A stretch of DNA of 24,000 bases, taken from Rhodospirillales bacterium. GTDB taxonomy: Bacteria; Pseudomonadota; Alphaproteobacteria; Kiloniellales; JAKSDN01. Below the pieces are notes generated by a model. The model did not search any database. It saw only the letters and a program-made list of their open reading frames with translations, and was not told where the DNA came from. Positions 14,888 to 23,546 of the stretch are shown in pieces. How positions within the stretch are numbered: the first letter of the stretch is position 1; each line of letters begins with the position of its first letter. Made by a program: the position numbers and the translations under genes. The stretch covers positions 200,706 to 224,705 of the forward strand of contig CBDDCC010000016.1 of the NCBI GenBank assembly GCA_965225935.1. Reading direction: 5' to 3'.

Positions 14888-16396
14888 ATGAAGATTGCCT
14901 TTTCCGCTCCCACCCTGCCGAAACGGGGGCCCCTGGCGGTCCTCGTCACGGCCGACGGCAAGCTGTCAGCCACGGGCAAGAAGCTGGACAAAGCGACGGG
15001 CGGCGCGCTCACCCGGGCCATGAAGGCCGGCCAGTTCGAGGGCAAGAAGAACCAGTTGCTGGAGATCCTGGCGCCGCCGGGCCTGGACAACGGGCGGATC
15101 GTCCTGCTCGGCATCGGCGATCCCAAGAAGCTCGCCGGCCAGGACCTTCAGAACGCCGGCGGGGCGCTGCTCGCCCACCTGGACGGCACGGGCGAGACCC
15201 AGGCCGCCGTGGCGGTCGACGTGGGCGGCAAGGCGGCCGCGGCCGCATCGGCCGCCCAGCTCGCCTACGGCGCCCGCCTGCGCGCCTACCGCTTCGACCG
15301 CTACAAGACCAAGAAGAAACCCGATAGCAAGAAACCCTTGGAAAAGCTGAGTATTCTTGTCGAGGACGCGGCGGCCGCCCGGCGCGGCTTCGCGCCCATG
15401 GCCGAGATCGCGGCCGGCGTGGAGCTGACCCGCGACCTGGTCTCCGAGCCGGCCAACGTGATCTACCCGAAGAGCCTGGTAGAGGAGGCGAAGAAGCTGC
15501 GGCCCCTGGGGGTCAAGGTCCGCGCCCTCGGCGTCAAAGAGATGGAGAAGCTGGGCATGGGCGCCCTGCTGGGCGTCGGCCAGGGCTCCGCCCACGAGTC
15601 CCAGCTCTTGGTGCTGGAGTGGAACGGCCTGCCCGCGAGCCGGGCCAAGGCCGGCGCGCCCGGTCCCGTCGCCATCGTGGGCAAGGGAGTGACCTTCGAT
15701 ACCGGCGGCATCTCCATCAAGCCCGCCGCCGGCATGGAGGAGATGAAGTGGGACATGGGCGGCGCCGGCGTGGTGGTCGGGCTGTTCCGCGCCCTGGCCG
15801 GCCGCAAGGCCAAGGTCCGCGCCGTCGGCATCTGCGGGCTGGTCGAGAACATGCCGTCGGCCACCGCCCAGCGGCCGGGGGACATCGTGACCTCCATGTC
15901 CGGCCAGACCATCGAGGTGCTCAACACCGATGCCGAGGGCCGTCTCGTGCTGGCCGACGCTCTCTGGTACGTGCAGGAGAAGTTCAAGCCCTCCATGATC
16001 ATAGACTTGGCGACCCTGACCGGGGCCATCATCGTCGCCCTCGGGCACGAGCACGCCGGCCTCTTCAGCAACGACGACGAGCTGGCCGAACGGCTCGCAG
16101 CCGCCGGCAAGACGGTCGGCGAGCCGGTCTGGCGCCTGCCGCTGGGCGAGGACTACGACAAGCAGATCGACTCCGACGCTGCCGACATGCAGAACATCGG
16201 CGCGAACCGGGCCGCGGGATCGATCACGGCGGCCCAGTTCCTGCAGCGCTTCATCAAGGAGGACACCCCTTGGGCCCACCTCGACATCGCGGGCGTGGCC
16301 TGGTCCAAGAAGGCCAAGCCGACCGTTCCCAAGGGGGGTACGGGCTTCGGCGTACGCCTGCTGAACCGGCTGGTGAAGGACCACTACGAGGCCTGA
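14888..16396 (+). CDS. pepA: Leucyl aminopeptidase (M17 family)
   Basis: The M17 signature is VLNTDAEGRLVLADAL. Also present are GKGVTFDTGGISIKP and GAGVVVG. The start at ATG 14888 (MKIAFSAP..., 502 aa) is preferred over the Arg/Gly-rich track extension from 14765. Confidence 0.93.
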   Translation: MKIAFSAPTLPKRGPLAVLVTADGKLSATGKKLDKATGGALTRAMKAGQFEGKKNQLLEILAPPGLDNGRIVLLGIGDPKKLAGQDLQNAGGALLAHLDGTGETQAAVAVDVGGKAAAAASAAQLAYGARLRAYRFDRYKTKKKPDSKKPLEKLSILVEDAAAARRGFAPMAEIAAGVELTRDLVSEPANVIYPKSLVEEAKKLRPLGVKVRALGVKEMEKLGMGALLGVGQGSAHESQLLVLEWNGLPASRAKAGAPGPVAIVGKGVTFDTGGISIKPAAGMEEMKWDMGGAGVVVGLFRALAGRKAKVRAVGICGLVENMPSATAQRPGDIVTSMSGQTIEVLNTDAEGRLVLADALWYVQEKFKPSMIIDLATLTGAIIVALGHEHAGLFSNDDELAERLAAAGKTVGEPVWRLPLGEDYDKQIDSDAADMQNIGANRAAGSITAAQFLQRFIKEDTPWAHLDIAGVAWSKKAKPTVPKGGTGFGVRLLNRLVKDHYEA

Positions 16397-16463
16397 AGGC
16401 GGCTGGAGGGAAGGCGAAAGCCTCGGCCGCGGCGGGTTTCGGCGGGAGGGGGGCTCTTCTGCC

Positions 16464-16913
16464 GTGACCGACGTACGCTTCTATCACCTGACCCGCTCCC
16501 GCCTCGAGGCGGTGCTGCCGGGCATGCTGGAGAAGACCCTGTCGCGGGCGCAGCGGGCCGTGGTGATGGCCGGCTCGGAGGAGCGCGTGGAGGCCCTCAA
16601 CGGCCACCTCTGGACCTGGCAGGAGCGCGGATTCCTGCCCCACGGCTCCGAGAAGGACGGCTTCGCCGCGGACCAGCCGATCTGGCTGACCGCCGCCGAC
16701 GAGAACCCCAACGGCGCCCAGGTGCTGTTCCTGACCGACGGCGCCAGCTCCGAGCGCCTCTCGGAGTTCGAGGTCTGCGCCGTGCTGTTCGACGGCGCGG
16801 ACGAGCAAGCCGTCGCGGCGGCCCGGGAGGCCTGGCGGTCGCTGCGCGAGGCCGGGCACGAGGTGACCTACTGGCAGCAGGGCGAGAAGGGCGGCTGGGA
16901 GCAGAAGACCTGA
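16464..16913 (+). CDS. holC: DNA polymerase III subunit chi
   Basis: MTDVRFYHLTRSRLEAVLPGMLEKTL...LNGHLWTW...FLPHG is typical of HolC. The pepA-holC pairing is conserved. The ORF uses a GTG start and encodes 149 aa. Confidence 0.85.
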   Translation: MTDVRFYHLTRSRLEAVLPGMLEKTLSRAQRAVVMAGSEERVEALNGHLWTWQERGFLPHGSEKDGFAADQPIWLTAADENPNGAQVLFLTDGASSERLSEFEVCAVLFDGADEQAVAAAREAWRSLREAGHEVTYWQQGEKGGWEQKT

Positions 16914-17151
16914 CCGCCCGCCGGCGAAGCCTGCGACCGGACGAATTCAAGTACTACCATCCGGATGTGAGGTCACGAGGATTTCTATGAAAAATTGAGG
17001 AATGTCGATTGGAAGTCAGTTGAACTAACCAAATCGTAAGCACTGGCGTCCTATCACGGTCTCGTCATGACCCCCTCACATGAGGCCCAGCGCGATCGCC
17101 GGCCGATTTTCGGCGATCGAGCCGCGGCCCGAGCAAAGGGCTCACGCCGAC

Positions 17152-18213
17152 ATGACGAGCCACTACCCGGAAGGCTTCCAAAAGGCCAAGGAATTCAGTG
17201 AATTGGCCATGGATACCATGGTCTCCCATGGTATCCCGGCGACGCCCAGGAACTTCGCGATCTGGTACAGCTACCATGCCGGCAGCTACGGCGAGCTGAT
17301 CCGTGGCCTTCAGGTCATGCTGGACAATGGGATCGAGTTCACCCAGGTCCGCAACGAAGAGATCTACGACAAATACTTCGGCTTCGACCGGGAGGGCCAG
17401 GAGATCCGCGACACCGGCGCCCGCATCGAGGCGGCGGTGGGCGTCGTGCTGCAGAGGCTGGGCGAGGCCGGCCGGGACACCGCCGAGTACGGCGACAAGC
17501 TGGCCGACTTCAACGGCGACATGGCCAACAGCAGCAGTTCGGGCCAAGTCCGCGATTTGGTCCAGGGCATTCTGTCGGAGACCCGCCAGATCATGGAGAA
17601 GAACCAGGAGCTGGAACGCCACCTGGGGGATTCCGCCAAGCAGATCAGCGAGCTGCGCGACCACCTGGAAGAGGTGCGTCACGAGGCCATGACCGACGCC
17701 CTGACCGGCATCTCGAACCGCAAGTTCTTCGACCTGCGTCTGCGCGAGGAGGTGACGGCGCACATGGAGAACGGGGCCGCCCTCTCGCTGCTCATGCTCG
17801 ACATCGATCACTTCAAGAAGTTCAACGACACCTACGGCCACCGGGTCGGCGACGAGGTCCTGAAGGTGGTCGGCCGGGTGCTGCGGGACGGCGTCAAGGG
17901 CCGCGACGCGCCGACCCGCTACGGCGGCGAGGAATTCGCTGTGATCCTGCCCCAGACCTGCCTGGAGGACGCGGTCACGGTCGGCGAGCACCTGCGCAGC
18001 AACCTGGCCAAGCGGCAGATCAAGAACAAGAAGAGCGGCGAGTCCTACGGCACCATCACCATCTCCGTGGGCGCGTCCCAGTACCGCCTGGGCGAGCCGG
18101 TGGGAGAGTTCTTGCAGCGTGCCGACGAGGCCCTCTACCGGGCGAAGCGGGAGGGCCGCAATCGGGTCGTGGCCGAGAGCGAGACCCAGGACGCCATCAG
18201 CCTGGCCGGCTAG
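17152..18213 (+). CDS. Diguanylate cyclase (GGDEF domain, GGEEF active site) with an uncharacterised N-terminal helical/coiled-coil domain
   Basis: DALTGISNRKFF...LLMLDIDHFKKFNDTYGHRVGDEVLK...RYGGEEFAVILP...ISVGAS...ADEALYRAKREGRNRV. The N-terminal half (IPATPRNFAIWYSYHAG...) has no TM segment. The start could be ATG 17152 or ATG 17080, and neither has a convincing RBS. Confidence 0.9.
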   Translation: MTSHYPEGFQKAKEFSELAMDTMVSHGIPATPRNFAIWYSYHAGSYGELIRGLQVMLDNGIEFTQVRNEEIYDKYFGFDREGQEIRDTGARIEAAVGVVLQRLGEAGRDTAEYGDKLADFNGDMANSSSSGQVRDLVQGILSETRQIMEKNQELERHLGDSAKQISELRDHLEEVRHEAMTDALTGISNRKFFDLRLREEVTAHMENGAALSLLMLDIDHFKKFNDTYGHRVGDEVLKVVGRVLRDGVKGRDAPTRYGGEEFAVILPQTCLEDAVTVGEHLRSNLAKRQIKNKKSGESYGTITISVGASQYRLGEPVGEFLQRADEALYRAKREGRNRVVAESETQDAISLAG

Positions 18214-18290
18214 GCGCCGCTGCCCGGCCCCGCGGCAGCCCCAAGCCGGGCCGCCTCTCCCGGCCCTCAAACCCGAATCACAGTCTCCGG

Positions 18291-18314
18291 AGCCGCCGCC
18301 GAGGCGGCTTTACT
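18291..18314 (+). terminator. Candidate terminator after the GGDEF gene
   Basis: AGCCGCC-gccga-GGCGGCT (a perfect 7-bp stem, 18291-18309) followed by TTACTG. The T-tail is weak. Confidence 0.35.
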
Positions 18315-18383
18315 GCTAACGTAGATTGTGCACAAAGTCCCCTATCTTGTGATAACATTATGAGTTTGTTGGGGGGACAGTCT

Positions 18384-18878
18384 ATGCAGTATCCGGTAAT
18401 CCGGCCTGAACCGACCGTTGGCGCGCCGCGCGGATCGGCCCGGGCGTTCTCGAGTCTGGCGGCGCTGGCGGTTGCCGCTGGGCTCTGGGCGGGGATTGTC
18501 CTGACGGCGCCGGCGGCCCGGTCGCAGGATAACGGGCTCGCGGTGGAGCTCAACAAGGTCGAGAACTTCGAAGGCGGCTGCATGGCCTCCTTCGTCTTCC
18601 ATAACAGCCTCGGCTACACCCTCGACCGCTTCAACCTCGATCTGATCCTGTTCGACAGGGAGGGAGTGATCGTCCGCCGCGTGATGATCGACCTGGCGCC
18701 CTTGCGTGACGGCAAGACCCGCGTCGCGCAGTTCCGACTGCACCACGAGGAATGCGACGAGGTCAGCCGGGTGCTGGTGAACGACATTCCCCAATGCCGG
18801 GCGGAGGCCGGCCACGAACTGGATTGCGTGGCCGCGCTCGAGGTCATGAGCCGCGGCGATATCGAGCTGGCGAAGTAG
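18384..18878 (+). CDS. Small secreted/periplasmic protein with four cysteines; function unknown
   Basis: I prefer ATG 18384 (GGGGGGA RBS at 18371-18377) over ATG 18360. The hydrophobic signal region is FSSLAALAVAAGLWAGIVLTAPAARS. The mature ~120 aa carries Cys residues in GGC, EEC, PQC and LDC contexts. The codons are GC3-rich. Confidence 0.7.
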   Translation: MQYPVIRPEPTVGAPRGSARAFSSLAALAVAAGLWAGIVLTAPAARSQDNGLAVELNKVENFEGGCMASFVFHNSLGYTLDRFNLDLILFDREGVIVRRVMIDLAPLRDGKTRVAQFRLHHEECDEVSRVLVNDIPQCRAEAGHELDCVAALEVMSRGDIELAK

Positions 18879-18908
18879 ACCCTTTCGGAGCGACCACAGA
18901 CGCCCTGC

Positions 18909-20792
18909 TCAGGAGCCTTCCAGGGCCTCCTGGGCCTCCAGCCATTCCGCCTCGGCCCGGGTAAGAGCCTCGCTCGCCGCGCGATAGCGGATCTGCAGGT
19001 CCGCCAGGGCCCTGGAATCGCCGTTGGAGACAGCCGGATCGCTGAGGCTGGCCTCCAGGGTGCGGCACTCGCAGCTCAAGCGCTCGACCCGGGTCTCCGC
19101 CTCCCTGACGGCGCGGCGCAGGCCGGCGCTGGCGTTGCGCACCTTGGCCGCGGCCCGGCGACGCTCCTTGCGGCTCACGCCGGCACCGGCGGCCTCCTCG
19201 GCCTTGCGCGGGCCCCGACGCTCTTCCCGGCGTTGGTCCAGCAGCAGCCGGCGGTAGTCGTCCAGGTCGCCGTCGAAGGGCCGGACCGTGCCGTCCGCCA
19301 CCAGCCATAGGCGGTCGGCGATCAGCTCGATCAGGTGGGAGTCGTGGCTCACCAAGACCACGGCGCCGGGGAAGTCGTTGATGGCCTGCACCAACGCCTG
19401 GCGGGCGTCCACGTCCAGGTGATTGGTGGGCTCGTCCAGCAGCAGCAGATGCGGCTTCGCGCAGCTGTTGAGGGCGAAGACCAGGCGCGCCTTCTCGCCG
19501 CCCGAGAGGCTGCCGACCTCCAAGAGCGCGCGGTCGCCGGTCAGGCCGAAGCCGCCGAGATGGGCGCGCCGGGCGGCCTCGGGGGCCTTCGGCAGCTCGC
19601 GCTCGATCAGGCCGAGGGGCGTCGTCTTGAGATCGAGCTGCTCGGCCTGGTCTTGGGCGAAGTAGCCGACCCGGAGCTTCTGGGAGCGGGCGATCCGGCC
19701 GGACTGGGGCGCAAGGGCGCTCGAGAGCAGCCGCAGAAACGTGGTCTTGCCGTTCCCGTTGGCGCCCAGCAGGGCCACCCGCTCGTCGGGATCGAGCCGC
19801 AGGTCGAGGCCGCTCAGCACGGCTTCGCCGCCGCCGTAGCCGGCGGAGACCCCCTCCAGCGTCATGAGCGGCGGCGCCAGGGTCCCGGGCTCCGGGAAGG
19901 AGAGGTCCACCATGCGCTGCTCGACCACCGCCGCGATCGGCTCCATGCGGGCTAGCGCCTTGAGGCGCGACTGAGCCTGGCGCGCCTTACTCGCCTTGTA
20001 ACGGAAGCGGTCGACGAAGGCCTGGATGTGGCGCCGCTCCTGCATCTGGCGCTTGCGCAGGGCCTCCCGGCGCTCCAGCCGCTCGCGCCGGGTCCGCTCG
20101 AAGCGGTCGTAGTTGCCGTTGTAGGCGACCAGCTTGCGCGCCTCCAGGTGGACGATGCGCCGGGCCACCCGGTTCAGCAGGTTGCGGTCGTGGGAGACCA
20201 GCAGCACCGTCCCCGGATAGGACCGCAGATAGCTCTCCAGCCAGAGGGTCGCCTCCAGGTCCAGGTGGTTGGTAGGCTCGTCCAGAAGCAGCAGATCGGG
20301 CTCGGAGAACAGCAGGGCCGCCAGGGCGACCCGCATGCGCCAGCCGCCGGAGAGGTCGGCGCAGGGTCCCAGCTGCACCTCCTCGTCCAAGCCGAGCCCG
20401 GCCAGGATGCGCGCCGCCCGCGCCGGGGCGCTCTCGGCGCGGATGTCCCGCAGGCGCTCGTGGATTTCGGCGATCCGTGCCGGCTCCTCAGCAGTCTCGG
20501 CCTCCTTGAGCAGGGCCGCGCGCTCCGGATCGGCTGCGAGCACGGTCTCCAGCAGGCTCTCCGGGCCGCCGGGCGCATCCTGGGCCACCAGGCCGATGCG
20601 CACCCTGTTCTGCAGGGAGATGGCACCCCGGTCCGGCTCCAGCTCGCCGGTGATCAGCTTCAGGAGGGTGGTCTTGCCGCTGCCGTTTGGGCCCACCAGA
20701 CCGGTGCGTTCGCCGGCGCTGATGGCGAGGCTGGCCTGCTCGAACAGGGGGCGGCCCGCCACCTGGTAGGTCATGTCGTTGATGTTCAGCAT
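18909..20792 (-). CDS. ABC-F family ATPase (two ABC domains, no TM domain; translation-factor type) with a C-terminal coiled-coil
   Basis: Two Walker A motifs are present (GPNGSGKTT and GANGNGKTT), with two signature motifs (LSGGWRMR and LSGGEKAR) and two Walker B motifs (LLLLDEPTNHLD, twice). The basic inter-domain linker is RFERTRRERLERREALRKRQ. The start at MLNINDM (ATG 20792-20790, 627 aa) is preferred over the track start at 20852. Confidence 0.92.
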   Translation of the reverse strand: MLNINDMTYQVAGRPLFEQASLAISAGERTGLVGPNGSGKTTLLKLITGELEPDRGAISLQNRVRIGLVAQDAPGGPESLLETVLAADPERAALLKEAETAEEPARIAEIHERLRDIRAESAPARAARILAGLGLDEEVQLGPCADLSGGWRMRVALAALLFSEPDLLLLDEPTNHLDLEATLWLESYLRSYPGTVLLVSHDRNLLNRVARRIVHLEARKLVAYNGNYDRFERTRRERLERREALRKRQMQERRHIQAFVDRFRYKASKARQAQSRLKALARMEPIAAVVEQRMVDLSFPEPGTLAPPLMTLEGVSAGYGGGEAVLSGLDLRLDPDERVALLGANGNGKTTFLRLLSSALAPQSGRIARSQKLRVGYFAQDQAEQLDLKTTPLGLIERELPKAPEAARRAHLGGFGLTGDRALLEVGSLSGGEKARLVFALNSCAKPHLLLLDEPTNHLDVDARQALVQAINDFPGAVVLVSHDSHLIELIADRLWLVADGTVRPFDGDLDDYRRLLLDQRREERRGPRKAEEAAGAGVSRKERRRAAAKVRNASAGLRRAVREAETRVERLSCECRTLEASLSDPAVSNGDSRALADLQIRYRAASEALTRAEAEWLEAQEALEGS

Positions 20793-20878
20793 GGCGGGCC
20801 GGGTGATAGCACGGCTCCGGCGGGCGGCGGAAGACCAGGGGGCCGCTGGCACCGTCGGCGCGCTTCCGGCGCACGGCG

Positions 20879-20907
20879 TTGCCGGGGCGGGACAAAGCGT
20901 CTATTAA
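20879..20907 (+). promoter_or_regulatory. Candidate promoter for ndk
   Basis: TTGCCG (20879-20884), a 17-nt spacer, then TATTAA (20902-20907), about 68 nt upstream of the ndk ATG. Confidence 0.35.
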
Positions 20908-20974
20908 GGCCGCGGCGTGCGAGCGAGGCACGTCGATCAACCTTCACAGCAGCCAGATCTTGGGGGCGCGCGAC

Positions 20975-21397
20975 ATGGCCGTGGAAAGAACTCTCTCGAT
21001 CATCAAGCCCGATGCGACCCGCCGGAACCTGACCGGCGCCATCAACGCGCGCCTGGAATCCGCCGGCCTCAGGGTGGTGGCGCAGCGGCGCATCCAGCTG
21101 ACCCGCGTCCAGGCGGAGGCCTTCTACGAGGTGCATAGGGAGCGGCCCTTCTACGGCTCCCTCTGCGAGTTCATGGTCTCCGGGCCGGTGGTCGTGCAGG
21201 TGCTAGAGGCGGAGGGCGCCGTGGCGCTCAACCGGGAGGTCATGGGCGCGACCAACCCCGCCGACGCGGCGGCCGGCACCATCCGAGCCGAGTTCGCGGA
21301 GTCCCTCGAGGCCAATTCGGTGCACGGCTCGGACTCGCCGGAGAACGCCGCCCGCGAGGTGGCCTTCTTCTTTTCCGAGGTGGAGATCGTCGGCTGA
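20975..21397 (+). CDS. ndk: Nucleoside diphosphate kinase
   Basis: [14 protein letters not shown]...; the active-site region is NSVHGSDS. At 140 aa from ATG 20975, it is preferred over the track start at 20879, which adds a non-homologous extension. Confidence 0.95.
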   Translation: MAVERTLSIIKPDATRRNLTGAINARLESAGLRVVAQRRIQLTRVQAEAFYEVHRERPFYGSLCEFMVSGPVVVQVLEAEGAVALNREVMGATNPADAAAGTIRAEFAESLEANSVHGSDSPENAAREVAFFFSEVEIVG

Positions 21398-21411
21398 GGC
21401 CGGAAGGGTTG

Positions 21412-21429
21412 CCGCCGGCCGGCCGGCGG
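21412..21429. terminator. Perfect 18-nt GC palindrome between convergent ndk and the small ORF (possible bidirectional terminator, no T-tracts)
   Basis: CCGCCGGCC|GGCCGGCGG lies between the ndk stop (21397) and the minus-strand stop at 21436. Confidence 0.25.
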
Positions 21430-21435
21430 GCGCCG

Positions 21436-21558
21436 CTACAGCAGGAAGAGCGCCATCAAGGCCAGCGACACCACCACGACGATCGTCGAGATGGTGAGCA
21501 GACGGACGAAGCCATGATAGGTCTGCTCGTGCTCTTCCAACATGGTCTCGTCGTTCAT
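21436..21558 (-). CDS. 40-aa single-TM small protein; resembles bacterial aa3-type cytochrome c oxidase subunit IV (COX4_pro_2-like)
   Basis: It is not in the ORF track (below the size cut-off). The minus strand has a GGGGAG RBS about 5 nt upstream of the ATG (21558-21556). The translation is MNDETMLEEHEQTYHGFVRLLTISTIVVVVSLALMALFLL, with a stop at 21438-21436. The H-x-Q-T-[FY]-x-G-F-[IV] motif plus one TM helix matches my recollection of Paracoccus/Rhodobacter subunit IV (HQQATFAGFIKG...). Confidence 0.55.
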   Translation of the reverse strand: MNDETMLEEHEQTYHGFVRLLTISTIVVVVSLALMALFLL

Positions 21559-21666
21559 GGTGTCTCCCCTGGTACGGTCGCTCCGCGGCCCCTGACCGCC
21601 TTTGATTTACTTAACGGCTCCCGCCGCCAGCCGCAATAGGCTGGGCGCGCGGAGGCGCAGGCGCGT

Positions 21667-22344
21667 TCAGCCGTCCGAAGGGCTAAGCAGGGCCGCGGTG
21701 CTGTCCGCGCTGTCGGCGCCCTCGAAGACAACCTTCTCATCGACCACCCCGGCATGGCCCCCCGCAACCAGCCGCAGGCAGGTCGGGTAGAGGCGGTGCT
21801 CGGCCGCCAGCACCCGGGCCGCCAGGGTGGCGGGGTCGTCGCCGTCCAGCACGGGCACCGCCGCCTGGCCGATGATCGGTCCCGCGTCCAGGGTCTCGCG
21901 CACGAAGTGGACGGTGCAGCCGTGCAGCTTGACGCCGGCGGCGAGCGCCCGGGCGTGGGTGTCGAGGCCGGGAAAAATGGGGAGCAGCGAGGGGTGGATG
22001 TTGATCAGCCGGTCCCGCCAATGGGCCACGAAGCCGTCGGAGAGGATGCGCATGAAGCCGGCGAGACACACCAGCTCGACACCTGTCTCCTCGAGGGCGC
22101 CGGTCACGTTGGCGTCGAAGGCGGCGCGGCTCGCGGGCGCGTTCGGCGGCCCGTAGTCGCGGTGATCGATGACCCGGGTAGCGATGCCGCGGTGGGCCGC
22201 CGCCAGCAGGCCTGGGGCCTCCGGGCGGTTCGAGATCACCAGGCTGATCTCGGCGGGGTAGCTCTCCGCCTCGGCGGCGTCCGTCAAGGCCCCGAGGTTG
22301 CTGCCGCGCCCGGAGATCAGGACGGCGGTCTTCACCCGGGCCAT
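21667..22344 (-). CDS. purN: Phosphoribosylglycinamide formyltransferase
   Basis: [13 protein letters not shown]; NIHPSLLP; the product is 225 aa. The start overlaps the purM stop by 13 nt, giving the purM-purN operon order. Confidence 0.94.
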   Translation of the reverse strand: MARVKTAVLISGRGSNLGALTDAAEAESYPAEISLVISNRPEAPGLLAAAHRGIATRVIDHRDYGPPNAPASRAAFDANVTGALEETGVELVCLAGFMRILSDGFVAHWRDRLINIHPSLLPIFPGLDTHARALAAGVKLHGCTVHFVRETLDAGPIIGQAAVPVLDGDDPATLAARVLAAEHRLYPTCLRLVAGGHAGVVDEKVVFEGADSADSTAALLSPSDG

Positions 22345-23429
22345 GCCGCCTCCACCTCCGAGAGGTCCACGGCTGGCGCGCCTGCCCGCCGGGCGGCGAT
22401 ACGGCCGATGCGGTGGACCCGCTCGCCTTCGGCGGCCAGGCGCTCGGCAACGGCCTCGGCTTCGTCGGGCGCCGCGATCACCGCCATGCCGATGCCGCAG
22501 TTAAAGGTCCGCAGCATCTCGGCCGCGCTGACCCCGCCCGTCTCCGCCAGCCAGGCGAACACAGGCGCGAGCGGCCAGGTTAGGCCCTCGATGCGCGCCG
22601 CCAGGCCGTCGGGCAGGACCCGCGGCAGGTTCTCCACGAGGCCGCCGCCGGTGATGTGGGCGAGCGCCCGCACGCCGCCGGTCTCGATCGCAGCCAGGCA
22701 GGCGCGCACGTAGATCCGCGTCGGCGTCAACAGGCTTTCCCCGAGACCGCGGTCGGGATCGAAAGGCGCGGGCCCGGCGTGGTCGAGCCCCTGGCCCTCG
22801 ACGATGCGGCGCACCAGCGAGAAGCCGTTGGCATGGAGGCCGCCGGATTCCAGGCCGAGGACGATGTCGTCCTCGGCGACCGCCGCCCCAGTCAGCAGCC
22901 GCTCGCGCTCGACGGCGCCCACGGCGAAGCCGGCCAGGTCATAGTCGCCGTCGGCGTAGAGGCCTGGCATCTCCGCGCTCTCGCCGCCGATCAGCGCGCA
23001 GCCGGCGGTGCGGCAGCCTTCGGCGATGCCGGCGACGATTTCCCGGCCCTGGTCCGGGTCCAGCTTGCCGCTCGCGAAGTAGTCGAGGAAGAAGAGGGGC
23101 TCGGCGCCCTGGACCACCAGGTCGTTGACGCACATGGCGACCAGGTCGATGCCGACGCTGCCGTGGCGCCCGGCGGCGATCGCCACCTTCAGCTTGGTCC
23201 CCACGCCGTCGGTCGCGGCCACCAGCAGCGGGTCGCGAAAGCCCGCCGCCTTGAGATCGAAGAGGCCGCCGAAGCCGCCGAGCGCGGCGTCGGCGCCTGG
23301 CCGCGCGGTTGTCTTGGCGAGTGGCTTGATGGCTTCGACGAGCGCATTGCCGGCCTCGATGTCGACGCCGGCCTCCCGATAGCTCAGGCGATTGGGGCGG
23401 CGGCTGGCTATGGCGTCCTCGCGCGACAT
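22332..23429 (-). CDS. purM: Phosphoribosylformylglycinamidine cyclo-ligase (AIR synthetase)
   Basis: [14 protein letters not shown]; [10 protein letters not shown]; GGESAEMPG. The start is MSREDAIAS at ATG 23429-23427 (365 aa). The track ORF extending to 23930 is a spurious 5' extension. Confidence 0.94.
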   Translation of the reverse strand: MSREDAIASRRPNRLSYREAGVDIEAGNALVEAIKPLAKTTARPGADAALGGFGGLFDLKAAGFRDPLLVAATDGVGTKLKVAIAAGRHGSVGIDLVAMCVNDLVVQGAEPLFFLDYFASGKLDPDQGREIVAGIAEGCRTAGCALIGGESAEMPGLYADGDYDLAGFAVGAVERERLLTGAAVAEDDIVLGLESGGLHANGFSLVRRIVEGQGLDHAGPAPFDPDRGLGESLLTPTRIYVRACLAAIETGGVRALAHITGGGLVENLPRVLPDGLAARIEGLTWPLAPVFAWLAETGGVSAAEMLRTFNCGIGMAVIAAPDEAEAVAERLAAEGERVHRIGRIAARRAGAPAVDLSEVEAAWPG

Positions 23430-23546
23430 GGAGTAGAAAGACGGCGCTCGCAGCCCTCGACGCGGGCGGCCGGGTCGCCTCTCGGGGCCGTTCAGGCCGG
23501 CGCCTCGGCAAGTGTCGCGAACATACTGAAATCGGAACGCTTTGCA

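Noticed and set aside
16990-17020. A tiny ORF, ATGTCGATTGGAAGTCAGTTGAACTAA (8 aa), with an adjacent GAGGA in the holC-GGDEF spacer.
   Set aside because: The GAGGA abuts the ATG with no spacing, and the peptide is too short and featureless to support. It is most likely promoter-region sequence.
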